Shown here: positions 10,101 to 20,547 of the stretch, piece after piece
Layout of the letters: each line of letters starts with the position of its first letter
Position numbering within the stretch: position 1 is the stretch's first letter
Virus record (IMG/VR): IMGVR_UViG_3300032030_000062
Span: 9,039-73,038 of that record
DNA from: a virus
Lineage: Duplodnaviria > Caudoviricetes
DNA: 64,000 nucleotides
Strand: one strand, 5' to 3'
Position numbers and translations under genes: made by a program
Notes under the pieces: model-generated
What the model was told of the DNA's origin: nothing
Database searches by the model: none
Seen by the model: only the letters and a program-made list of their open reading frames with translations

Positions 10101-13100
10101 CATTTAATAACGCTTGGGATAAAGATGGTCAAGGACAAAGAACTGTCAATGGTTTACTGGCAAGTGTAAAAGGTATATCTGAAACATTAGATACTATTGC
10201 ATCAGATTTTAATGATGTGTGGAATGACGGTGGTAACGGTGAAGAATTAGTTGGCAGGGTATTACAAGTATTTGAAGATATTGAAGATACTATAGGAAGA
10301 GTATCGGAAGCATTCAAAACAGCGTGGAATGATAACGGTAACGGTAAAAAACTAATAGAAGATATATTAGACGTATTTAAAGAAACATTAACAATTATAG
10401 GCAAGATAACAACAGATTACGGTAAAACATTTGAAGATAGTGGTAAAGGCGTAGAAGCAATACGATCTATACTTGGTGCATTCGATGAAGTAGCAAAAGC
10501 TATAGAAGCGATCGAATTAGCCTTTGATGAAGCTTGGAATGATAATGAAACTGGTAAAAAATATATTGATTCCATTCATGACGCGGTAATAAAAGTTAAT
10601 AAGGCGTTAGGACTTACAGTTGATGCATTTACAAAGGCATGGGAAGAAGGCGGTGCTGGTAAAGAATTATTTAAAACTCTGATGGAATCATTAGCAGAGT
10701 TTAATGGTGCTTTAGGTAATATATCATCTTCCTTCGGTTCCGCTTTTTCAAGTACGGCAGGTACAGACGCTTTTTCCGCTATAATTGAAGATGCAAACGA
10801 GTTAATTAAACTATTAGGTGATATATCTGGTGATTTCTCAGAAGCGTTTGCCGATGGAAGCGGTAAGCAAATGGTACAGGATATTGTCGGATTATTACGA
10901 ACAGCATTTACAGGATTAGGTTATATCGAAACTGCGTTTAGAAAAGCTTGGAATGATGATAAGGCCGGTAAAAAATATATTGATTCCATCAATACAACAC
11001 TAAGTTCCTTTACTACATTATTTGATGAGATTGGACAATCAGCAATAAGAGCGTGGAATAAGAATAATATTGGTAAAAGAATTATTCGTGCAATACTTGA
11101 CTATGTAACCAATATAAATCGAATATTCGGTAACTTAGCTACCTCAATCAAAAATGCTTGGACTGAAGGTGGTAAAGGGGAAAGTATATTTGAAACTTTA
11201 GATAAACTTATTGCCACCGTAGCTGAAAACAGTGCGTCCATAGCCGAAAGTTTTGCAGATTGGGCAAGTGAGTTAGATTTTAATCCTCTTATAGAATCCT
11301 TTGAGGAATTACTCAAAAAAATTCAACCTATTGCTGATTTAGTTATGGGCAGTTTAAAAGAGGGATATACAAAAGTATTACAACCACTTGCAAAGTGGAC
11401 CATAGAAGAAGGACTTCCTGCAACATTAGATGCCTTAGGTGAAGCATTAAAAGTTATAGGATCAGCATTAGAAGCCGCTAAACCTGCATTTGAATATATA
11501 TGGGAAAATATTATAAAACCTTGGGCAGAGAGTATAGGAGTTATAGTTATTGCGGCTATAAAATTATTAACAGATGCACTTTCTGGTTTAAGTAATTGGA
11601 TTAGTAATAATTCAGGACTTGTTTCTAACTTTGTAAAAATCTTTGGCAGTTTTATTACGATGTGGTTTGTTGGCGAAAAGATTATAACTATAATATCAGG
11701 AGTCGCAGGAGCGTTAGGTGCTATTATAGCTTCATTCAATCCGATGATATTAGCTATCGCTGCAATAGCCGCTGGGGCTGCCATTATAGTTACACACTGG
11801 GATGAAATTACAACTGCCGTTAATAATGCATTAGCCGCCATCCGAGAATTTTTAACCGGTGAACTTGATTTTACCGTACCGATTGAAAAATTAAGTAAAG
11901 ATTCCAGAACCGTAGCCAACAATTTAAGAGAGGCACTAGATGCATACATAAGTGAAACAAATAATGCATCAACAGCTATTGATGAATTATATGATAAATT
12001 AGTAAATTACATGCGGACGGGCGGCGATGTTTCACAAATGTTCGATGAATTTCATCAGGCTTTAAGTGATGCAAATGTTTCCACAGAAGATTTTCAAAAA
12101 GCATTATCAGATACAATAGGTACAAACTCAGATGTACAAGCCGCATTATATGGAATAAGAGATGCAACACAGGAAATGTCAGATAAAGTGACCACAGCAA
12201 ATGATAAACTGGGTGAATCTGGTGGTAAAGCAAGTGAAGCAGAAACCTATTTCAATAATTTAGCTGAACAATTCCAGTCAGCTGCTGGTTCTTATGATCA
12301 GTCAGCGAGTAATTTTGATGCGGCAACACAAAAAATCAGTGAAGGCACAAAATCGGCAACTTCTGAAGCACAACAAGATTGGGAAACATTTATAGCAGAA
12401 ACAACCAAAGAAATAGATAATTTACAAAAAGAAATAGACGGTAATAACGGTATTTCAAAGACAACAGAAAACTTTGCTGATACCACAAAAGATACAAGTG
12501 ATGAAACTATAAAAGCATGGGAAGCTATTAACAAAGATGTAAGTTCTGAAATTAAAGAAATGTCAAAAACTGTAACAGATAAATCCGATACTGTGAAAAA
12601 GAATGTAATGAAGGATAATAGTGATGTACAAAAAGATGCAGACAAACAATGGAAACTTGTAAAGACAGGAACGATTAAATATTTTGACGAACTTGTTAGT
12701 AGTATAAAATCAAAATCAACCGAATTGTCAAATGAAGTTCAATCTACATTCCAAGAACTTGCAGATAGCTTACCGGCTAAATTTGAAGGTATAGGAGATG
12801 AAATTGCCAACAAATTTGACGGTGTGAGCGATTTAATAATGGACAAGTTTAGCAATTTACCTGCGTTAATGTATATACAAGGACAGGAAATGGCACGTTC
12901 ATTAGCTGAAGGTTTTAAGAGCATTTATATTCCCACTCCTCATATGAGAATTAGTGCTTGGGATCAGCACGATAACGGAAATGGTGGAATAATTTCTACT
13001 CCTCAATTTACTATTGACTGGTATGCACGAGGTGGATTTCCGAAAAAGGGACAGTTATTTGTCGGTAATGAAAACGGCATAGAAGCCATGGGTAAAATGG

Positions 13101-13543
13101 GCAATAAGAATGTTGTTGCAAATAACCGACAGATTATAGAAGGTATCAAAAACGGTGTACTTGATGCGATGCAAACTGTTTTAAGATCATTAAATAGTAT
13201 GGGAACAAAGTTTAATTTCTCCGCTGAATCTTTATCAAAGTTTACGGAATTAAACAGCAATCTTAATAGATTAGCCCAGTATGCAGTTCCGCTTGTTGCA
13301 CAAGGAAGATTATTACCGTCAACAGCTACAATGACAAATAACATGACAAACAGTTTAAGCCAGATACTTGACGAACTACAGTACCAATCAAACGATTCAA
13401 TAACGATAGATGAATTAAGACCGGTATTGATTGACATATGCAGAAACTATATATCCAGTACAATGTACATTGGTGATGAACAGATTGCAAGAAGCGCAAA
13501 TAGAGGTAACTTACAGTTAAATAGAATTTTAGGGCAGGCATAA
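7166..13543 (+). CDS. Tape measure protein (2125 aa)
   Basis: Very long helical ORF; LAGFDDVELL motif; periodic AW(N/E)xxxxG repeats; C-terminal WYARGGFP..GQLFVGNENGIE domain. Confidence 0.92.
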   Translation: MAAYDDDIQLTVGLEPGNVVETAEKLNDEVEKIFESSSGKDLSAKFKSLLASMDAINTKSQNIQAHLKDLANQPIYTNDYNKLSEDVTKLEHQLSKLYDRRKTQDEGKIGHILNDPELSAKYADTTRQIEEVTTELNKLLATQEQMENDGTAFVPAEDREGYQDYIDKLSELNNQMIVYKDRVDALNDGESSTFLDRLYEAVKNTTPLIDELGNTIARSFGSIMEQGASVMGSTFVKEMQLGFNAVTTGAQKVASLAGSAFEGLRTVISRVSSGIITLGKSAFSGMANGARKAVEAINNLRTSLLKLAGNAVKSGLDRIKSSLNGIGKSAGKSNNGLNVGFKTFLRYGLGIRSTYALVNKLRRALGEGFENLAKSNSEFNAAMSQIKTSVEWIKNSFAAAVAPLIEAVAPVIASLAEKLVNLIRLAGQFIAAITGKQVIQADEVYQDYAESLDKGSKSTKKLNKESKELEKTLAGFDDVELLKVNKDKEKEEDEEQEKAPSYSFVPGSIDAGMSDLAEKIKKYFKDIWDVIKQAWAQEGAKLIESIKRALGAVKDLLGAIAKTFHDVFVDGYGFDWLVSLFQLLQTIFDIITAIATEFKRAWEENDRGYNFIASIFTLLTQINNLLKDIGQSFIDAWNSGSGYALIAAILELFTEINNMLTAIAVALRIAWNENNIGYTLIKSILDLFTIIADTLADIADAFGRAFVSDAGITMISNILELFNTMVNVLYVITAAFQGAWNDNDAGFKYITELFLALGEIASLLDSIGQSFINAWNDDDRGKKLLSNLIGLFTVLNILIATASRTFKRAWEDNGRGEELIGNILEVFNEIILAIKNITNNFATAFNEETGYNLVASLLDMFNKISGTIKTIAIRFRLAWNEDDAGLDLITSILNKFTEINTTIGNIANAFKRVWEDNGTIDEVFANIFDALTEWEKAQTNVISSLGKSFEKGGTGEQAISTITSLISDIIKNIGDIEKAFNNAWDKDGQGQRTVNGLLASVKGISETLDTIASDFNDVWNDGGNGEELVGRVLQVFEDIEDTIGRVSEAFKTAWNDNGNGKKLIEDILDVFKETLTIIGKITTDYGKTFEDSGKGVEAIRSILGAFDEVAKAIEAIELAFDEAWNDNETGKKYIDSIHDAVIKVNKALGLTVDAFTKAWEEGGAGKELFKTLMESLAEFNGALGNISSSFGSAFSSTAGTDAFSAIIEDANELIKLLGDISGDFSEAFADGSGKQMVQDIVGLLRTAFTGLGYIETAFRKAWNDDKAGKKYIDSINTTLSSFTTLFDEIGQSAIRAWNKNNIGKRIIRAILDYVTNINRIFGNLATSIKNAWTEGGKGESIFETLDKLIATVAENSASIAESFADWASELDFNPLIESFEELLKKIQPIADLVMGSLKEGYTKVLQPLAKWTIEEGLPATLDALGEALKVIGSALEAAKPAFEYIWENIIKPWAESIGVIVIAAIKLLTDALSGLSNWISNNSGLVSNFVKIFGSFITMWFVGEKIITIISGVAGALGAIIASFNPMILAIAAIAAGAAIIVTHWDEITTAVNNALAAIREFLTGELDFTVPIEKLSKDSRTVANNLREALDAYISETNNASTAIDELYDKLVNYMRTGGDVSQMFDEFHQALSDANVSTEDFQKALSDTIGTNSDVQAALYGIRDATQEMSDKVTTANDKLGESGGKASEAETYFNNLAEQFQSAAGSYDQSASNFDAATQKISEGTKSATSEAQQDWETFIAETTKEIDNLQKEIDGNNGISKTTENFADTTKDTSDETIKAWEAINKDVSSEIKEMSKTVTDKSDTVKKNVMKDNSDVQKDADKQWKLVKTGTIKYFDELVSSIKSKSTELSNEVQSTFQELADSLPAKFEGIGDEIANKFDGVSDLIMDKFSNLPALMYIQGQEMARSLAEGFKSIYIPTPHMRISAWDQHDNGNGGIISTPQFTIDWYARGGFPKKGQLFVGNENGIEAMGKMGNKNVVANNRQIIEGIKNGVLDAMQTVLRSLNSMGTKFNFSAESLSKFTELNSNLNRLAQYAVPLVAQGRLLPSTATMTNNMTNSLSQILDELQYQSNDSITIDELRPVLIDICRNYISSTMYIGDEQIARSANRGNLQLNRILGQA

Positions 13544-13545
13544 AA

Positions 13546-13920
13546 ATGTATAATTACGGTCCAATAAGGATTGACGGGGTGTTAGTTCCCACCCCGTCAA
13601 CCTATAATTTTGATATTGAGGATTTATCCACAGAAGGTGTAACTGGTAGAACACTTGACGGTATCATGCATAAAGATGTGGTTGACGTTAAAGATTATTA
13701 TACAGTAACGTGGAAACATCTTTCATGGGAACAGATGTCATTGATACTGACCTTAGTAAATGGAAAAGAACAAATGGAGGTAACTATTATTGATCCGATG
13801 AGGCCTAATACTTATGTAACGAAATCATTCTATGTGGGAAAAAGAAGTGGCAAATTACAGAATCTTAATAATCCAGTAAGTATGTGGGCTGATTTATCAT
13901 TACAGTTTATAAGGATTTGA
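13546..13920 (+). CDS. Distal tail protein-like
   Basis: IDGVLVPTPS, GRTLDGIMH, FYVG motifs; follows tape measure. Confidence 0.7.
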   Translation: MYNYGPIRIDGVLVPTPSTYNFDIEDLSTEGVTGRTLDGIMHKDVVDVKDYYTVTWKHLSWEQMSLILTLVNGKEQMEVTIIDPMRPNTYVTKSFYVGKRSGKLQNLNNPVSMWADLSLQFIRI

Positions 13921-13924
13921 TGCA

Positions 13925-16771
13925 ATGAAAAATTTATCGACTGATTTTAAACGTGCTTTAGCACGAAATCATAGAAATTATCTCGCCTATGCGGACATAA
14001 CATGGCCTCAGAATCAACAAGGTCAGCGTCAGACATTAGCATTAAATAATACTAATTTATGGGCAGGTGGGTTCTCATATGAGGAACTTGTATCAGAAGA
14101 TGAAGAATTTACAGCATTAGGTTCTGTATATATGGGAACTGCCAAACTCATAATAAATAACATAGATGAAAGTTATACGCCATATGTATTTGAAGATGCT
14201 GAAAGCATGGTACTTCAAATAGGAATGGAATTTCCTGATACTTCACAGCAATCAGGAAAAAGAATAGAGAAACATAAAATAGGAACATATCATGCGGCAG
14301 AAGTTAAATATGATGGAACAATAGTATCATTATCTTTGCAGGATAATATTGCAAAATTTGATAAACCATATTCTGCAAGTAAATTAACTTATCCTGCTAC
14401 TTTAATTGATATTGTAAATAATTGTTGTACCATTTGTAATGTTCAATTGGCGAACAATTCATTACAATTTCCTCATTATAATTATGTGATTAAATCAAGA
14501 CCAGATGATGATGCCATAACATGTAGGGATGTAATTAGTTGGGTAGCTACTATAGCAGGATGTTTTGTAAAGTGTAATCCAGACGGTCAGATAGAATTTA
14601 AGTGGTTTAATCAGCAAGCTATTGAACAGGAAATGACAATACTCGATGGCGGTACCGTAACTCCGTGGAGTACAGGTCAAAATGTAAACGGCGGTACAGT
14701 AACTCCTTGGAGTACTGGTGAAGTTATAAACGGTGGTACAGGAGAAGGTACATATAATTTTCATACAATAACCAGTTTATATTCTCAAACTATTGCCCTC
14801 GATGATATAGTAATAACAGGACTAACAGTACAAATAGATAAAGATGTTAAATCATCTGAGGAAACTGAAGATTCTACTATATATTCTGTAGGAACTACTG
14901 GTTATATAATTTCGATCACGAATAATAAATTTTTTAATGCGGAAAATGCACAAGAAATATTAACATGGCTTGGAAATCAGTTAATAGGATTTCGATTCAG
15001 AAAATTAAATATAACTATTCCTAATACTCCCGCCATTGAATCTGGTGATGTTATGCTTGTATATGACAGAAAAGGAAGAGGATATGCAAGCTTAGTAACA
15101 AGAACAAGTTTTTCAGTGGGAGGTACACAAGAGATAGTATCCGGTGGAAGCACACCAACGAGAAATAAAGCCACACAGTATTCCGCATATGCACGTAGTA
15201 TAGTAGAAGCCAGAAGATTAGCACAGGCAAATAGAACAGCTTTTGATTCAGCTTTGGAAGATTTGGGTCGGGCATTAGACGCAAAAACTGGATTATATCC
15301 CACTGAAAAAACGACAGAATCAGGCAGTATTTACTATCTACATGATAGACCTAAACTTGAAGATTCTTCAACGGTAATACAAGTAACAAGTGAAGCTATA
15401 GGTATTACAACTAATTATAATAGAGGTGTTGATACTGAGTGGAATTGGGGCGTTACAGTAGACGGTACAACTATAACAAAAATATTAGTTGCAATCGGAG
15501 TAAACGCTAATTGGATAAGATCGGGTAATATAAAGATTGTAAATACAGTAAGTGGACAAGATGAAAAAGAAATTTTTTATGCAAGTATAGATTCCAAACT
15601 TGTTAGAATAGCAAAAGATGTAATAGTTGCTTCAAGTGATGGTATTGTCGTTATTCAAGCAAAAGATACAAATGGTAATGAAACATTTTATCTTAATTCT
15701 GGCACAGGTGTTGTTAGAATCAATGCGACAAGTTTTTCCTTAAGCGGTCGATCTGTAAATCAAATTGCATCTAATGCAGGTGCAACAGCAGGTGCGGATG
15801 CGGCGAATACAGCATTGGCTAATTATGATCCTGCCGATGAATTAACACAAGCTGAAATATTTAATCTATTAACTGGAGGAACGAAAACTACTCCGGGTTC
15901 TACACAAGGTATATGGTTAAACAATGGAAAAGTATATCTTAATTTTTCTTATGCGCGAGGTGGAGCATTAACACTTGGTGGAGCAAATAATGGAAATGGT
16001 ACTTTTAATGTACTTAATGCGGACAACAATCAAATAATCGCAATCGATAATAACGGAACAATTTTCAGAAGTACAACCGCTGACGAATACATTAAAATCA
16101 ATGAAAACATAATTCAAGGATATGCAGGTACACCGGCACGTTTACATAGTTGGATTGATTTATGTGCTGATTATGCTGGTACTGGTAGTTCAACCGTAAA
16201 ATGGATGGTTTTTGAAACCTCGTCATACTCCAAAGGTATAAAGTTGATAGCGGGTGGAAACGGTTCTATTGAATTAGACGCTGGTTCAAGATCAGTTAAG
16301 TTTTTATCAAAAATTGATGCTGGACAAATAAATTCATCAACCTATATAGAAGCCGCAGATCATTTTTATACACCTGGATATGTGGAAGCAAAAGATCATA
16401 TCAATACTTCAGGCAATGTAGAATGCTATAGTTTAACTGTAAACGGAACACCTCCGTGGACAACTTCATCCGATAGACGATTAAAGAAAAATATTGAAGA
16501 TGCCGAAGAACAAACAGAAAATATCAAAAAGCTGAAAGTTCATCAATTCGATTGGAAAGATGATAGTGGTCATGTTCCTGTCGGACTTGTCGCCCAGGAA
16601 TTACAAGAAGTTTATCCAGAACTTGTTAAAGAATCAGATAACGGATTGAGAATTGATTATATCAATATGGTTCCTTATCTAGTTAAAACAATTCAGGAAC
16701 AGAATGATAGAATCAATTTATTGGAGCAGAAATTAAATATGCTTGAAAAGAAATTGGAGAAACTTATATGA
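13925..16771 (+). CDS. Tail spike/baseplate hub protein with C-terminal intramolecular chaperone (S74-like)
   Basis: N-terminal Tal-like region, DGGTVTPWSTG repeats, SSDRRLKKNI..GLVAQELQEVYPELV..IDY C-terminus. Confidence 0.85.
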   Translation: MKNLSTDFKRALARNHRNYLAYADITWPQNQQGQRQTLALNNTNLWAGGFSYEELVSEDEEFTALGSVYMGTAKLIINNIDESYTPYVFEDAESMVLQIGMEFPDTSQQSGKRIEKHKIGTYHAAEVKYDGTIVSLSLQDNIAKFDKPYSASKLTYPATLIDIVNNCCTICNVQLANNSLQFPHYNYVIKSRPDDDAITCRDVISWVATIAGCFVKCNPDGQIEFKWFNQQAIEQEMTILDGGTVTPWSTGQNVNGGTVTPWSTGEVINGGTGEGTYNFHTITSLYSQTIALDDIVITGLTVQIDKDVKSSEETEDSTIYSVGTTGYIISITNNKFFNAENAQEILTWLGNQLIGFRFRKLNITIPNTPAIESGDVMLVYDRKGRGYASLVTRTSFSVGGTQEIVSGGSTPTRNKATQYSAYARSIVEARRLAQANRTAFDSALEDLGRALDAKTGLYPTEKTTESGSIYYLHDRPKLEDSSTVIQVTSEAIGITTNYNRGVDTEWNWGVTVDGTTITKILVAIGVNANWIRSGNIKIVNTVSGQDEKEIFYASIDSKLVRIAKDVIVASSDGIVVIQAKDTNGNETFYLNSGTGVVRINATSFSLSGRSVNQIASNAGATAGADAANTALANYDPADELTQAEIFNLLTGGTKTTPGSTQGIWLNNGKVYLNFSYARGGALTLGGANNGNGTFNVLNADNNQIIAIDNNGTIFRSTTADEYIKINENIIQGYAGTPARLHSWIDLCADYAGTGSSTVKWMVFETSSYSKGIKLIAGGNGSIELDAGSRSVKFLSKIDAGQINSSTYIEAADHFYTPGYVEAKDHINTSGNVECYSLTVNGTPPWTTSSDRRLKKNIEDAEEQTENIKKLKVHQFDWKDDSGHVPVGLVAQELQEVYPELVKESDNGLRIDYINMVPYLVKTIQEQNDRINLLEQKLNMLEKKLEKLI

Positions 16772-17244
16772 TAAGGTTAGAATTTGAGGTAAGCAATCAA
16801 TTTATAAATAGGACAGATCAACAAAAGCCAGTTTCTGATAGTAAGAACTATTTATATTCCCATTTCACTTTTTTAACAGAAGAGTGGCAGAATAAAACGG
16901 TCACTGCATTATTTACAAAAGGCGACAAATCGTTTATAATATTAGTAGATACAAATGGTGATTGTCCTGTACCTTGGGAACTTATTCAGAATGGGGGCGA
17001 TGTATATGTCTCAGTTTATAGCGGAGACTTATCTACCACGAATAACTCAAGAGTAACTATTTATGAAAGTGGTTATATAGAAAATGCAGAAAATTCTCAA
17101 CCACCTACTCCTAATATTTATGCCCAAATATTAGATGATGTAGATGGATTAAGAGGCGAGGTTGCAGAATTAAAAGATTTAATTGATGGCGGCGATGTAT
17201 TGATAATAGACGGTGGCAATACAAGCGACTGGATAAAGGAGTGA
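16768..17244 (+). CDS. Baseplate upper protein (BppU-like N-terminal domain)
   Basis: F.FLTEEWQNKTVTALF, C.VPWE, PPTPNIYAQI motifs. Confidence 0.7.
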   Translation: MIRLEFEVSNQFINRTDQQKPVSDSKNYLYSHFTFLTEEWQNKTVTALFTKGDKSFIILVDTNGDCPVPWELIQNGGDVYVSVYSGDLSTTNNSRVTIYESGYIENAENSQPPTPNIYAQILDDVDGLRGEVAELKDLIDGGDVLIIDGGNTSDWIKE

Positions 17245-17248
17245 TAAA

Positions 17249-18448
17249 TTGGATGCCATAATTCAAAACAGGCGAGGTGACTATTCGGAAGTTATTCCCG
17301 AAAACTTACGACCTGGTGAATATGTTGTTGTACAACAGAATGATCCTAATTCAGATAGTGGTCAATCTGTTTATGTAGGAATTAAACAGGGTGTTGTAAA
17401 AAGACTTGCTTTTTCTAATGAAGTGGGTGATTATCAGATTCAAGCACAAGAAGCGGCAGAACAAGCTAAGTCCGCTCAATCAGCAACAGCAACAATGGTT
17501 GGGCAAGTAAATACAAAGTATAATGAAATAAATACATTAGCTGGACAGGTAGCTACAAACGCACAAACAGCACAAACAGCGGCACAAACAGCAACAACTA
17601 AAGCAAATGAAGCATCCCAATCAAAAACAGATGCCCAAACAGCTTCACAAACATCTGTTAAGGTATTAGGAAGTATGGCTCCTGCTTATGATGCAACAAA
17701 GACATATGCAGTAGGAGATTTAGTTATATATGATAATGCATTAAAACAATGTAACACAGCTATAACTACTCCTGAAGCATGGAATGATGCTCATTGGATA
17801 AATGCTACTGTAGAAAACGAATTAACTAATTTAAAGGAAGATTTAAGTAATACAGACGCTTTGCAAAAATTGCTTTGTGATGATGTTCCGAATACCATTC
17901 AGACATACACGTTTACGGATGGAGCCGTATCGCAGGTAACTCACAGTGCAGACAATGTAGCGGTCAGAACGGATGTTTTTACTTATTCATCGTCATCAAT
18001 AACAGAAACACGGACGCTAAACAGTGGCGAATCTCTCGCAATTGTGACAAACCTTACAACACTGGAAACTACAGTGACTTACAACGAAGCCGAACCTTAT
18101 GAAGTAGTGTATAGCGTTACGGATGCTGTTCAAGGTGCTTGGGTATATAGTAATGGCTCTTATTCAAATAATGGTAGAACAGATAGGGCTGGTTCAAAGA
18201 TGCTCGGATATACGCCGCAAATCGGTGACATTATCAGGGTTGAGGACTCACAAAGACGATATAAATTTACCACTGGAACTGGCATAGATAACTACAGGAT
18301 TACCAGCACAGATGATTTAGTTGTTGACCAGACAGCAATGGCTACATTGAAAACGATTTTGTTTGTAAAAGCCGATAACTCTGACTTTACAAGCAATGAC
18401 CTTGCTTTTTTGAATCAAAATACTCATGTTTATAGACAATCGGTATAA
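17249..18448 (+). CDS. Tail fibre / receptor-binding protein, modular
   Basis: TTG start; IQNRRG N-terminus, Ala/Gln/Thr coiled coil, CBM-like YDATKTYAVGDLVIY, NLKEDL junction, variable C-terminus. Confidence 0.7.
   Translation: MDAIIQNRRGDYSEVIPENLRPGEYVVVQQNDPNSDSGQSVYVGIKQGVVKRLAFSNEVGDYQIQAQEAAEQAKSAQSATATMVGQVNTKYNEINTLAGQVATNAQTAQTAAQTATTKANEASQSKTDAQTASQTSVKVLGSMAPAYDATKTYAVGDLVIYDNALKQCNTAITTPEAWNDAHWINATVENELTNLKEDLSNTDALQKLLCDDVPNTIQTYTFTDGAVSQVTHSADNVAVRTDVFTYSSSSITETRTLNSGESLAIVTNLTTLETTVTYNEAEPYEVVYSVTDAVQGAWVYSNGSYSNNGRTDRAGSKMLGYTPQIGDIIRVEDSQRRYKFTTGTGIDNYRITSTDDLVVDQTAMATLKTILFVKADNSDFTSNDLAFLNQNTHVYRQSV
17824..17846 (+). repeat. Cassette-junction site, copy 0 (inside tail fibre gene)
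   Basis: AACTAATTTAAAGGAAGATTTAA (encodes TNLKEDL); TTAAA-N6-TTTAA dyad. Confidence 0.55.
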
Positions 18449-18466
18449 CAGAAAGAAGGTGTAAGA

Positions 18467-19372
18467 ATGGCAGTTAGTATTTGGGAAGGAAGTAAGGCGC
18501 AGGAACTTATAGATGCAGTAAAAAAAATCTCATCCAGTAGTGGCTTGTCTAATGAGGTTAAAATAGCATTATTGACTTGTTTTAGACACGTGGCATGGGA
18601 CGATGATCAATATCAAGTGTATTATGATGCGTTAGAAAATGCATTAAACCGTACAGACCCAGACCCAGGTTACCCTAAAATTATCGCAAGTTTTAATCAA
18701 GATTATCGAACAATTTATACTGACGATCCTATCAATTCATTAAAAAATAACATTATTGTTAAAAAATACGAGAATATAGATGACACAGATGGAACAATTA
18801 TATCAGATTATACAATACTTGGTACATTAAAGGAAGGAAATAGTATAGTTAATATTTCGTCAGAAGGGCTTAATGCAAGTCTTACCATTCCGTGTGTTTT
18901 ACCTAAATATACATATACTTTTACAGCTAACGATCTAATCCTTTATAAGGGTGGTGTCCAAAGTTGGGACCCGGATGGAAAAGTATATGTACCGTTTTTG
19001 GAGGCTAATAATACACGAAGAGGGTTCATTACTCCAAATGGGACTTATCCTTTAAGAATCAAACCGGGAAATACAATAGTGGAAGGGCATTATCCAATTC
19101 ATATACCATCTGACGCAACGTCTGTTACTATTTCTGTGTCGCCTAATACAATGCAAGTTGCTTGTAACGGTTGGGAAATGGATTTTTCAGAAAAACGTTA
19201 TAGATATATTAGTGATAGTGATTCTGGTTTTTCAACCGGAGGAGTATCGAAAGCTATACCTTTATCAAATAAATATTCTGGCGTACGAGCGTTGGGCATT
19301 ATTCTTAAATTTAATAGTTCCGGCTCTACATTCACAACGGAGCCGACTCAATGCACTGTTACATTTTCATGA
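18467..19372 (+). CDS. Tail-associated protein with Ig-like domain
   Basis: KIALLTCFRHVAW..YYDALENAL motif followed by beta-rich Ig-like segment. Confidence 0.55.
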   Translation: MAVSIWEGSKAQELIDAVKKISSSSGLSNEVKIALLTCFRHVAWDDDQYQVYYDALENALNRTDPDPGYPKIIASFNQDYRTIYTDDPINSLKNNIIVKKYENIDDTDGTIISDYTILGTLKEGNSIVNISSEGLNASLTIPCVLPKYTYTFTANDLILYKGGVQSWDPDGKVYVPFLEANNTRRGFITPNGTYPLRIKPGNTIVEGHYPIHIPSDATSVTISVSPNTMQVACNGWEMDFSEKRYRYISDSDSGFSTGGVSKAIPLSNKYSGVRALGIILKFNSSGSTFTTEPTQCTVTFS

Positions 19373-19398
19373 ATATTATTTATGGATGGTGATATAAA

Positions 19399-20214
19399 AT
19401 GGCAATATATAGTCTTAGTAAGGGCAGACTTTACGATGAATCAGAAAGTGATAGTTTTTTTAAAAATGTGCTAATTACTCGTGGGCGAGTACATAATGCA
19501 AATTATTATATTTTACATATAAATAAACAACGAAATGATGGTAAATTTCAATATCCATTCGTATATTGTCCTAATGGAAGCAGTGCAAGAAATCAGTCAG
19601 CCTTGTCAATGAACATACAAAAAGGATATTATATTGCAATAAATGCCGGTATATTTGACGTTGATGGTCAATATGACAAAACTGATGGGCAAAGAAGAAA
19701 CGCTCCTCTTGGAATAACCATACAAAATTCTACAGTTATTACAGGAAGTGACGGATACTATCATGATGCACTAACCATAAATCAAAACGGAGATCTGAGT
19801 CACACACCTCGTGGTATAGACACAGATGCACAAAGTTTAATAACGAATGGCATTGTATCGGCTGTGACTGGGTTTGGAGCATTTATTGAAAATTATGAGG
19901 TCAATGATTCAGCACAAGGAATTATTGGTAGTTATGATGCGCAAAGACAGATAATAGGACAATATGGAAATGGAGATTACGCCATTATAACCATAGAAGG
20001 CCGTTCGTTTGATAATTCAACGGGTTTATCAGTTGCCAACATAACTGACTTTTGTGTGAATTTGGGATTAAAGTTCGCGTATTTACTTGACGGTGGCGGA
20101 AGTACCGAAACGGTTATAGGCAGAAAACAATTAAATACCATATACGAAGGTACGCAAGGTAGGTTAGTGCCTACATTTATAGTATTTAATGGCATGAATG
20201 TTTTTACCGCATAA
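19399..20214 (+). CDS. Phosphodiester glycosidase (NAGPA-like) family protein
   Basis: AINAGIF, AQRQIIGQ..GDYAIITIEGR, AYLLDGGGSTE motifs. Confidence 0.8.
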   Translation: MAIYSLSKGRLYDESESDSFFKNVLITRGRVHNANYYILHINKQRNDGKFQYPFVYCPNGSSARNQSALSMNIQKGYYIAINAGIFDVDGQYDKTDGQRRNAPLGITIQNSTVITGSDGYYHDALTINQNGDLSHTPRGIDTDAQSLITNGIVSAVTGFGAFIENYEVNDSAQGIIGSYDAQRQIIGQYGNGDYAIITIEGRSFDNSTGLSVANITDFCVNLGLKFAYLLDGGGSTETVIGRKQLNTIYEGTQGRLVPTFIVFNGMNVFTA

Positions 20215-20226
20215 TTGAGGATATTG

Positions 20227-20250
20227 AATTAACTTAAAGCAGGCTTTTAA
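20227..20250 (+). repeat. Cassette-junction site, copy 1
   Basis: AATTAACTTAAAGCAGGCTTTTAA, intergenic. Confidence 0.75.
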
Positions 20251-20288
20251 ACACATAAAAAATACTGTTTTGGCAAAGGATAATAACA

Positions 20289-20546
20289 ATGCTGTTTAAT
20301 GATATTAACATTGGTGACGTATTTGTAAAAATACATGGATCAAAAGCGCACTACCTTTGCGTTGGTAAAAGTATAAATATAGAAGAAGGTCAAGTGATAA
20401 ATATTGTACATTTATTAAATATCAAGTATCCGCAGTTACCGAAAGCTATACGTTTTGAAGATTTTAAAGAATTTACTAAAGCTGGTCATGAGGATTTAAG
20501 CGGAATCAAACAGATTTTAGATGTAATTAAAGAGAAGTATGTTTAA
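20289..20546 (+). CDS. Hypothetical protein (cassette gene)
   Basis: 85-aa ORF with AAAGGA RBS, flanked by repeat copies 1 and 2. Confidence 0.65.
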   Translation: MLFNDINIGDVFVKIHGSKAHYLCVGKSINIEEGQVINIVHLLNIKYPQLPKAIRFEDFKEFTKAGHEDLSGIKQILDVIKEKYV

Positions 20547-20547
20547 T

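Noticed and set aside
2551-13541. Long minus-strand ORFs (e.g. 2551-3723, 11323-11949)
   Set aside because: Antisense shadows of strongly codon-biased + strand genes; no RBS or recognisable motifs.
13925-20214. Diversity-generating retroelement or invertible shufflon at the tail fibre
   Set aside because: No reverse transcriptase, no TR/VR pair and no inverted segments; all junction repeats are direct.
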